Source: Armatimonadota bacterium (GTDB lineage Bacteria; Armatimonadota; Armatimonadia; Armatimonadales; Armatimonadaceae). From it: DNA of 27,976 nucleotides. Positions 8,467 to 15,901 of this stretch are shown here, piece after piece. Position 1 is the stretch's first letter; each line of letters begins with the position of its first letter. The position numbers and the translations under genes were made by a program. The stretch covers positions 1 to 27,976 of the forward strand of contig JAYUUO010000227.1 in the NCBI GenBank assembly GCA_043754515.1. The letters are read 5' to 3'. The notes beneath the pieces were generated by a model, which saw only the letters and a program-made list of their open reading frames with translations, was not told the origin of the DNA and did not search any database.

Positions 8467-8928
8467 ATGAAGCGGGCCGGGTTCGGCCTGATCGAGATAC
8501 TGGTCGTCATCGTCATCATCTCTATAATGATGCTGATCCTGATCCCACGATTAACCGGCGACGGCAAGTCCGGGAAGAAACACCACACACCCATCGAGCG
8601 GGCGAAGGACACGGCGGGGATATCGTACGTCTCACAGATAAATCAGGCGATAATGATGTATAAGCAAGACAATGACGGCAAGAACCCGCCTGATTTAAAA
8701 TCGCTCAAGTCCTACGGCGTGTTGGACGAGATGATGGTGGATCAGGTCACGAAGCAGTCACTCGCCTATGACCCCGCCACCGGCGTCGTTAGCGAACCGG
8801 TCAACCCGTCCGCCGCTACTACCGCCCCCGGATCCGCGCCCGCTCCCCCCCGAACCAACGTCGGGCCGGGCGGCGTTTCGCTCCCAAACATCCCACAAAC
8901 ACCAGTCGGCGCGGGCGACAACGAGTAG
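8467..8928 (+). CDS. Prepilin-type N-terminal cleavage/methylation protein (GspG/ComGC-like pseudopilin or type IV pilin)
   Basis: MKRAG|FGLIEILVVIVIISIMMLILIP class III signal peptide with Glu5. QINQAIMMYKQDNDGKNPPDLKSL resembles the GspG-type head. The C-terminal tail is Pro/Gly/Ala-rich. Confidence 0.88.
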   Translation: MKRAGFGLIEILVVIVIISIMMLILIPRLTGDGKSGKKHHTPIERAKDTAGISYVSQINQAIMMYKQDNDGKNPPDLKSLKSYGVLDEMMVDQVTKQSLAYDPATGVVSEPVNPSAATTAPGSAPAPPRTNVGPGGVSLPNIPQTPVGAGDNE

Positions 8929-8930
8929 CG

Positions 8931-10292
8931 ATGTTCAGGAAAATACTGATCGCCAATCGCGGCGAGATCGCCGTCCGTATCATCCGCGCCTGTAAAGAAA
9001 TGGGGATCGCCACGGTACAGGTGTATTCCCAGGCGGACGCGGACTCGCTCCCAGTCCACCTCGCCGACGAATCCGTGTGCGTGGGACCCTACGCCGGCAA
9101 AGACTCGTACCTGAACGTGCCCAACATCGTCTCCGCCGCGCTGATCACCGGCGCGGAGGCGATCCATCCCGGCTACGGCTTCCTTGCCGAGACTGCTTCG
9201 TTTGCCGAAGTTTGCGCGGCGGCCGGGATTAAGTTCATCGGCCCACCGGTCTCGGCTATCGAAGCCATGGGCGACAAAGCGACGGCTCGGGAAACCGCGA
9301 AACGCGCCGGGGTGCCCACCGTGCCCGGCTCCGAAGGCGTGATCGGCTCCGAAGCCGAGGCATTACGCGTCGCGGCGGGCATCGGCTACCCGGTGATCCT
9401 TAAAGCGACGGCAGGTGGCGGCGGGCGCGGCATCCGTGTCGTGCATACCGAGGATGAATTGATAGCGGCCCTCAAGGTATCGCAGACGGAGGCGGCGGCG
9501 GCGTTCGGCAACGCGGACGTGTACATTGAAAAGTACATCACGTCCATGCGCCACATCGAGGTTCAGATACTCGCCGACGAGCATGGCAACTGCATCCATC
9601 TTGGCGAGCGGGAATGTTCGGTGCAGACGGTGCGCCACCAGAAGGTGGTCGAGGAGGCACCGTCCGTGACGCTGACTCTGGATCAGCGGTTGGCGATCGG
9701 CGCGGCGGCGGTCAAAGCGGCGAAGGCGGTAGGCTACACGAACGCGGGAACGGTGGAGTTTATCTGGACGCCGGATGGCAAGTTCTACTTCATGGAGATG
9801 AACACCCGGATTCAGGTCGAGCACCCGGTCACGGAGGCGGTGACCGGCGTTGATCTGGTGCGGTGGCAGATACGGATCGCGGCCGGCGAACCCCTCCCTC
9901 TTCGGCAGGAGGATATCACCTGGCACGGGCACAGTATCGAGTGCCGCGTCACGGCGCAGGACCCCGAGCGCGGGTTCGCGCCCGGTGCGGGTCTGCTGAC
10001 GAGCGTACGCTTCCCCGGCGGTCTCGGTGTTCGCATTGACACGCAGATTTATGGCGGTTACCTGATGCCGCCGTTCTACGACAGCAACTTGGCGAAGGTG
10101 ATCGTCTGGGGCGAAACCCGAACCGAAGCGATAGCACGGATGCGCCGTTGCCTGGACGAGTTCGAGGTGGAAGGGATCCCGACCAACATTGCCTTCCTGC
10201 AACGCATCCTGGCCGACGACCGGTATCGGAGCAATGACGTATCCACGGCGTTCCTTCCGAGTCTAATGACCGAGATGGGGTTGTCTGGGTAA
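8931..10292 (+). CDS. accC: Biotin carboxylase (acetyl-CoA carboxylase BC subunit)
   Basis: KILIANRGEIAVR, HPGYGFLAE, KATAGGGGRGIR, RHIEVQ, EMNTRIQVEHPVTE and PPFYDS; 453 aa. Confidence 0.96.
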   Translation: MFRKILIANRGEIAVRIIRACKEMGIATVQVYSQADADSLPVHLADESVCVGPYAGKDSYLNVPNIVSAALITGAEAIHPGYGFLAETASFAEVCAAAGIKFIGPPVSAIEAMGDKATARETAKRAGVPTVPGSEGVIGSEAEALRVAAGIGYPVILKATAGGGGRGIRVVHTEDELIAALKVSQTEAAAAFGNADVYIEKYITSMRHIEVQILADEHGNCIHLGERECSVQTVRHQKVVEEAPSVTLTLDQRLAIGAAAVKAAKAVGYTNAGTVEFIWTPDGKFYFMEMNTRIQVEHPVTEAVTGVDLVRWQIRIAAGEPLPLRQEDITWHGHSIECRVTAQDPERGFAPGAGLLTSVRFPGGLGVRIDTQIYGGYLMPPFYDSNLAKVIVWGETRTEAIARMRRCLDEFEVEGIPTNIAFLQRILADDRYRSNDVSTAFLPSLMTEMGLSG

Positions 10293-10367
10293 TTGAACGC
10301 TGTTTCGACCGAGGTAGTCGAGTTTGGGATAATTTCACATAAGCGAGCAGGAATTTTATTGTAAACC

Positions 10368-11483
10368 ATGGCACCGACCACGAATCTTGTTACTGATCCC
10401 GGCCTTAGGGGAATATCGTTCGCCGTTGACGATGTAGTGCGTGGAACTAAGCCCCTACCGGTGCTATCTTACTCCGACACTTTAGCGTTGACGGTAGGCA
10501 GCAATGTCGAAGCCTACTCACGCGACATGAAACCACTCGTTCTTCCCGGAGTGTTTCCTGCCACCGTAAGAGGAAGACGCGCAATACACGGTTTCGTAGA
10601 CGCCGTTTCGACCGCATATAGCCGTCACCATCCGCTTTCAATATCTCCCGACATGATCTGGCTTCTGATCGCGCAAGGGTTCGCGCAACATGTCAAGAGC
10701 GACGCCGAATCCTTGCGCGGGCGATTCGTATCGCACCAGGGACGGGAGCTGATTACTGTCCGTCGGGATGAGTTCATTCGCGGGTTCGCGGGGAACGATC
10801 GGGAAGGAGTTTTTTCCGAGTTCTCGGATAAGATTCGCGGATACGTCGGCCCGCGAGTTCATGGCTCTGTCGTGCCCCATTTTTCAACCACGAGCATAGT
10901 CGAAACAGCGGCGTTCGAGGTGACATTAATGGACGCAATGCAGAAGTATTTCGAGTATGACCTTCTGACCCTCTGCGGAATCCCGGAAGTCACTCTAGAG
11001 GGCACGCCTGACGATTGGGAGACTATACGATCCGGCGCGGAGGTGCTTCTCGAGTACGACCTCGAATGGTGGGGAAAAGGGTTACTGCCCGTTCTCGACC
11101 AGTTCGTCCGCGCGAGTCATGGAGATATAGATCTCCTGTTCTGGAGGAATTTCTATAAGGGCGAGGGCGGAAGCGGGGGGCCTTACATCACCGGTCACAT
11201 CATCAATCTCTTTCCCTACCTGATAGATGAGAGACTCGGTTCCTTCCGAAATAAACTCATCAGCGCGAATATCCCCGTCCCACCCTATACATCAGCCAAC
11301 ATCACGAACAGGAGCATACCCTCCCCCTTGTCCGTCGCCCCATTCCTGTGGAAGTACTACAACGAAGTCTTCGCTATGGATTTCGTCGCGGGCTTCGTAA
11401 GCGCGGCTCAGGATCCCAGCACGCTCGCCATCCGCCCCGAGATCGGTTGGGCGGTGCTCGACCGAAGAGACGGCGAAAATTAG
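10368..11483 (+). CDS. DUF4419 domain-containing protein
   Basis: Motifs recognised as typical of DUF4419: AYSRHHPLSISPDMIWLLIAQGFAQHV, FSTT, LMDAMQKYFEY, CGIPEVTLEGTPDDW, GSGGPYITG and PEIGW. Confidence 0.85.
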   Translation: MAPTTNLVTDPGLRGISFAVDDVVRGTKPLPVLSYSDTLALTVGSNVEAYSRDMKPLVLPGVFPATVRGRRAIHGFVDAVSTAYSRHHPLSISPDMIWLLIAQGFAQHVKSDAESLRGRFVSHQGRELITVRRDEFIRGFAGNDREGVFSEFSDKIRGYVGPRVHGSVVPHFSTTSIVETAAFEVTLMDAMQKYFEYDLLTLCGIPEVTLEGTPDDWETIRSGAEVLLEYDLEWWGKGLLPVLDQFVRASHGDIDLLFWRNFYKGEGGSGGPYITGHIINLFPYLIDERLGSFRNKLISANIPVPPYTSANITNRSIPSPLSVAPFLWKYYNEVFAMDFVAGFVSAAQDPSTLAIRPEIGWAVLDRRDGEN

Positions 11484-11505
11484 TTACGACAAACACAGTA
11501 ATGGC

Positions 11506-11516
11506 CGCGATACAAT
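11506..11516 (+). promoter_or_regulatory. Putative -10 element (TACAAT) of a leaderless promoter
   Basis: CGCGATACAAT ends 6 nt before the GTG at 11523. An identical 11-mer sits at 12179-12189 with the same spacing. Confidence 0.45.
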
Positions 11517-11522
11517 TAGTGT

Positions 11523-12122
11523 GTGGCCGCACCTATTACTATCTCAATGCGACAACTTTTGACCAGGGGCGAGTTCGCGAGCATACCGTTCGGCTCGACG
11601 CGCGAAGAGGTCATCCAAAAACTGGGCGAACTGGACGCCACTCTTCCCGTGTCAAGGCGCAATCCCACCCCCGTGCTTCTGCGCTGGGGAGACGTCGAGC
11701 TTATTTTTGATCAGGATTGTGGTCTCTTCTGGTGCTTCCTGTGGGAGCCATCCGACGACGATTTGCCGCTGTGCAATGACCGGGTGACGATTGACCCCTG
11801 GGTGCTTGGTGGGGGCATGACCTATGAAATGATGCAAAACGGACTCAGCCAGGCTGGGATCGCCTTCGCCTGCGACACGGGCGTTAAGGGGGAGTACAGG
11901 CTGACGCTGGAGAGTGGCGTCGTGCTACGGTTTGAAGATGGCGGTGATGATAACGATACCGGGTTCAGGCTCCGCGTCGTGAGCGCCGATAGGCGGGAGG
12001 TAATTCCCCCGTCAGAGCCGAAGAGACAGGTTTCCGTGACCCTAACAAAAGCCGAGTTCGACCGACTACGCCGGGCAGCCGACCTGCGGAAAGTCTCGGC
12101 GGGGCGGCTCTGCGTGGAGTAG
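11523..12122 (+). CDS. Hypothetical protein with a C-terminal RHH/CopG-like segment, probably truncated by an in-frame TAG
   Basis: 199-aa ORF from a GTG start (alternative ATG at 11547). It ends in KRQVSVTLTKAEFDRLRRAADLRKVSAGRLCVE*, and the frame continues as VRERLA... to a TGA at 12189-12191. Confidence 0.7.
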   Translation: MAAPITISMRQLLTRGEFASIPFGSTREEVIQKLGELDATLPVSRRNPTPVLLRWGDVELIFDQDCGLFWCFLWEPSDDDLPLCNDRVTIDPWVLGGGMTYEMMQNGLSQAGIAFACDTGVKGEYRLTLESGVVLRFEDGGDDNDTGFRLRVVSADRREVIPPSEPKRQVSVTLTKAEFDRLRRAADLRKVSAGRLCVE

Positions 12123-12178
12123 GTTCGCGAGCGGTTGGCGTCAGAGGCCATAACGCCTGACTTACCCACTGCCGATAG

Positions 12179-12189
12179 CGCGATACAAT
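12179..12189 (+). promoter_or_regulatory. Putative -10 element (TACAAT) of a leaderless pcrA promoter
   Basis: CGCGATACAAT ends 6 nt before the ATG at 12196. Confidence 0.45.
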
Positions 12190-12195
12190 GAGGGC

Positions 12196-14613
12196 ATGGA
12201 CGACTTCCCGCCCCCCCCGACCGACGCCGACGACCCCTTCGCCGAGTACGAGACCGCCCCCCGACCGCGCGCGGTTTCTCCCCCCTCCGTTAAAGCCGAA
12301 GTCGTTCGGGATGACACCCCCGCAGACCCCACCCCTCCGATGGATGTGACTGATCCACTCCTCGCCCGTCTGAACCCGTCGCAACGCGAGGCGGTCGTCT
12401 ATAAGGACGGCCCTCTGTTAATCTTCGCCGGGGCCGGTTCGGGCAAAACGCGCGTGCTGACACACCGGATCGCCTACCTAACCGGTCGCTACGGCGTCCG
12501 CCCGCGCAATATCCTCGCCGTGACGTTCACGAACAAAGCCGCGACCGAGATGAAGGAGCGTCTGCAACGGCTACTCGGGCTGGAAGGAAGCAAGGAGATG
12601 TGGGTAGGCACGTTCCACGCGACATGCGCCCGTATCCTGCGCGAGCGCGGCAAAGACATCGGTCTGGAGCGCGAGTTCACGGTCTATGACGACGGCGACC
12701 AGATCACGCTGATGAAGGAGTGCCTTTCGCAACTTAATCTTGATGATCGCCAGTACGCCCCCCGCGCCGTGCTCTCGCTGATCTCGAAGGCGAAGGAGAA
12801 ACTCGTCTCGCCCGCCGACTTCAGCCAGTTTTTCCACGGCGTTTTCGAGGGCGTGGTCGGTAAATTGTATACGTTGTATCAGGAGAAGTTGACCCAGAAC
12901 CGCGCCGTTGATTTCGACGACCTGATCATGCTATCAGTGCGCCTTCTCGAACAGCGCGAGGACACCCGCGAGTATTACCAGAATAAGTTCCGCTACGTGC
13001 TCGTGGACGAGTATCAGGACATCAACAACGCCCAGTACCGCCTGATCGCGCTACTCTCCGGTAAATACGGGAACTTGTGCGTGGTCGGCGACGAGGATCA
13101 ATCCGTGTATAGTTGGCGCGGCGCGGACGTTTCGATCATCCTGCGCTTCGACCGCGACTTCAAAGACGCGAAGGTGATCAAGCTCGAACAGAACTACCGC
13201 TCGACGCAGACGATCCTTGATGCGGCGTATAACGTCGTGAAAAATAACCGGGGCCGCAAGGACAAGAAACTGTGGACGGAGAACCCGGCGGGCGACCAGA
13301 TCCACCTGTTCGAGGCGATGAACGAGCAGGAGGAGGCGGTTTTCGTCGCGGATAAGGTGCTCGCGGCGGTGCAAGCAAAAAAACGCAAATTGGCCGACTT
13401 CGCCATTCTGTACCGCACCAACGCCCAGTCGCGAACTTTGGAAGAGGTATTGAACAACTACCGCGTGCCGTACAAGATTATCGGCGGCGTGCGCTTCTAC
13501 GAGCGGCGCGAGATAAAAGATTTGGTCTGTTACCTGCGGCTGATCCAGAACCCGTACGACTCCGTCTCGCTCCATCGCGTAATAAATGTTCCGGCTCGTG
13601 GCATCGGCGCGGGGACCTGGCAGAAGATCGAACTCAAGGCGCAGGTCGAGAACCTGTCGCTGTGGGAGGTGGTCGCGGACCTCGCGAGCATTGAGGGCGT
13701 CCGGGCGACCACGCGCAAAGCCGTGGAATCGTTTGTCGCACTGATTGCCACCGCGCGGGGACAGTCCGGGTCGGGCGCGTGGGGAGTCACTAAAACGCTG
13801 ACTGAGATCATCGAAAACACCGGCTACATCCGCGATCTGGAGCGGGAGCGCACTATCGAGGCGAACACCCGCATCGAGAACATTCGTGAGCTGATGACCG
13901 CAACCAAGCAGTTCGAGGCGACTACGGAAGAGCCGACACTGTACGGCTTTTTGGAGCAGACCGCGCTGATCGCCGATATTGACGCGCTGGAGGACGCCGA
14001 CGCGAACGACCGCGTGGTGCTGATGACACTCCATGCCGCGAAAGGTTTAGAGTTCCCGGTTGTGTTTCTGGTGGGGCTTGAGGAGGGCGTCTTCCCCCAT
14101 TCGCGTAGTTTGCAAAGCGACACGGAGCTTGAAGAGGAACGCCGCCTCGCCTATGTCGGCATCACGCGGGCGAAGGAGGAGTTGTTCCTGACTTACGCGA
14201 CGCGGCGCACGATCTTCGGCAACACGAACATCGGTACGCTATCGCGCTTCGTTCGCGAGGTGCCGAAGGAACTGATGAAACTGCCGCGTTCCCTGCAGAA
14301 TCGGATGACTCTCGGGGGTAGCGGCGCGTCTCTCGGGGCGCGGGCGAACCCCGACGAGTACTCGCAGGTCCCGCCGGGTTGGGATGACGCCGACGCGGGC
14401 AGCCGCGCGGCGGCAAAAGCGAAGGGGCCATCTAGCGCGGCTAAGCCCGAAACGCCGCTTAAAATCGGCGACAAGGCGAAGCACGCCGTGTTCGGTGTTG
14501 GGGTGATCGTCGCGCTGATCGGGAGCGGCGAGGACGCGCAGGTCTCGATAGCGTTCCCGAACATAGGCGTTAAAAAGCTCGCGCTGTCGTACGCACGGCT
14601 GGAAAAGGTGTGA
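12196..14613 (+). CDS. pcrA: ATP-dependent DNA helicase PcrA/UvrD (SF1A)
   Basis: LNPSQREAV, AGAGSGKT, TFTNKAA, VDEYQD, VGDEDQSVYSWRGA, LEQNYRS, LYRTNAQ, MTLHAAKGLEFP and EEERRLAYVGITRA, plus a C-terminal Tudor-like domain (GDKAKHAVFGVG). An alternative ATG is at 12340. Confidence 0.96.
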   Translation: MDDFPPPPTDADDPFAEYETAPRPRAVSPPSVKAEVVRDDTPADPTPPMDVTDPLLARLNPSQREAVVYKDGPLLIFAGAGSGKTRVLTHRIAYLTGRYGVRPRNILAVTFTNKAATEMKERLQRLLGLEGSKEMWVGTFHATCARILRERGKDIGLEREFTVYDDGDQITLMKECLSQLNLDDRQYAPRAVLSLISKAKEKLVSPADFSQFFHGVFEGVVGKLYTLYQEKLTQNRAVDFDDLIMLSVRLLEQREDTREYYQNKFRYVLVDEYQDINNAQYRLIALLSGKYGNLCVVGDEDQSVYSWRGADVSIILRFDRDFKDAKVIKLEQNYRSTQTILDAAYNVVKNNRGRKDKKLWTENPAGDQIHLFEAMNEQEEAVFVADKVLAAVQAKKRKLADFAILYRTNAQSRTLEEVLNNYRVPYKIIGGVRFYERREIKDLVCYLRLIQNPYDSVSLHRVINVPARGIGAGTWQKIELKAQVENLSLWEVVADLASIEGVRATTRKAVESFVALIATARGQSGSGAWGVTKTLTEIIENTGYIRDLERERTIEANTRIENIRELMTATKQFEATTEEPTLYGFLEQTALIADIDALEDADANDRVVLMTLHAAKGLEFPVVFLVGLEEGVFPHSRSLQSDTELEEERRLAYVGITRAKEELFLTYATRRTIFGNTNIGTLSRFVREVPKELMKLPRSLQNRMTLGGSGASLGARANPDEYSQVPPGWDDADAGSRAAAKAKGPSSAAKPETPLKIGDKAKHAVFGVGVIVALIGSGEDAQVSIAFPNIGVKKLALSYARLEKV

Positions 14614-14635
14614 GACCGGGCGGGTACGCCTAGCC

Positions 14636-15901
14636 TCACGGAAGAATCGTGTCGTAAACTGCTTCTATATCCCGCGCGGTTCGACGCGGCAGGAATCGCG
14701 CGCGCACTTCCCGCCAGCCGTTCCCACCCAAGTGCGACGCGGTTGCCGGGTCGCGCAGGAGTGTCAGAAGCGCGTCGGCGAGGGCGGGCGCGTCCCCCAT
14801 CGGCACCAGCAGGCCGGTGCGACCGCTTTCCACGGTCTCCGGTACCCCGCCGCCTCTGGTCGCGATCACAGGAATACCCGCCGCCATGCCTTCGATGATT
14901 ACCTGGCCGAACGGCTCCGGGGTGATACTCGCGTGAACCAGCAAATCCAGTTCGGACAATAGTTTGGGGATGTCCGCGACGTTGCCGCGCCACTCGACCG
15001 CGCCGGGCGGAAGGTCGCGCGCCGCGAGTGCCTTCACTTCGGCCTCGTAAGTGTCCTCACCGAAGAGCGCGGCACCCGCGATCACGAAGCGCAATGACGG
15101 GATCGTCGCGTCTCGCTCCCTGTCGAGCGTCTCGCGCACGGCCCGCGCCGCCTCGAGAAAGATATGTTGCCCCTTCCAATGGGTCAGCCGCCCGATGATG
15201 CCGATGTAAAGAGGGCGGGCGTCGCTGATCGCCCGCCATGAAGCGCGTGGGGTCGGCTCGGGAACGCCCAGGAAACTTTCGTCCACGCAATCCGACACGA
15301 CCGTATAGCGTCCTATGCTTTGCCCGCGCGTGGTCGCGGCGTCGTCCCCCGCGAACAAGGACGTCAGGGTGCTACGCGAGTTACAGATCACGTGCGTCGG
15401 GAGCCGCCTCGCCAACAGGCGCAGGGCGCGCACCGCTATGCCGGGCAGGTATTGCGCCGAGATATGGTCGCGGATGTGCCAAATGACCGGGATTCGCGCG
15501 ATACGCCCCGCTATGGCACCGTAGACGTCGGACTTCAGACTGTTACAATGGATCAGTTCGCAACGGTGCTCTCTAGCGAGCACGGCGACACGGCAGGCGT
15601 ACGCGAGCAGGGTAGTCCCCCCGCCGATTACTTTTCCCACTATCCCTCTGGCACCGAGCGAATCCTTGCGCGTTTCGCGCATGCCGGTCGCCAGCGGCTC
15701 GATCAGGACACGCACGCTGACGTCCCGTAGTCGGTCGGCGAGCACTCCCTCCTCGCCGAGCACGACCACCGCCTCGTAGCGGTCGCGATCTAGCGCGGTC
15801 AGGAAGCGATAAAGCGCGATCTCGCCGCCGCTCCAGCGGGCGGTGTGATCCAAAAACATCACGCGCCGTGGCGCGGCGCGAGTTTCTTCCGCCCTCGTCA
15901 T
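14636..15901 (-). CDS. Glycosyltransferase family 4
   Basis: VMFLDHTARWSGGE, WHIRD, IGRLTHWKGQ and EPFGQVIIEGMAAG (EX7E). The true start is likely the ATG at 15901, which forms an ATGA overlap with the upstream stop, rather than 16162. Confidence 0.92.
   Translation of the reverse strand: MTRAEETRAAPRRVMFLDHTARWSGGEIALYRFLTALDRDRYEAVVVLGEEGVLADRLRDVSVRVLIEPLATGMRETRKDSLGARGIVGKVIGGGTTLLAYACRVAVLAREHRCELIHCNSLKSDVYGAIAGRIARIPVIWHIRDHISAQYLPGIAVRALRLLARRLPTHVICNSRSTLTSLFAGDDAATTRGQSIGRYTVVSDCVDESFLGVPEPTPRASWRAISDARPLYIGIIGRLTHWKGQHIFLEAARAVRETLDRERDATIPSLRFVIAGAALFGEDTYEAEVKALAARDLPPGAVEWRGNVADIPKLLSELDLLVHASITPEPFGQVIIEGMAAGIPVIATRGGGVPETVESGRTGLLVPMGDAPALADALLTLLRDPATASHLGGNGWREVRARFLPRRTARDIEAVYDTILP

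Noticed and set aside
10304..10325. Weak hairpin TCGAC/GTCGA after accC as a terminator
   Set aside because: The stem is only 5-6 bp with a 3-T tail, too weak to call.
13051..14034. Long antisense ORFs (327 aa here; also 9363-10202, 14193-14993 and 17776-18393)
   Set aside because: These are shadow ORFs opposite well-supported genes, expected in GC-rich DNA, and show no motifs.
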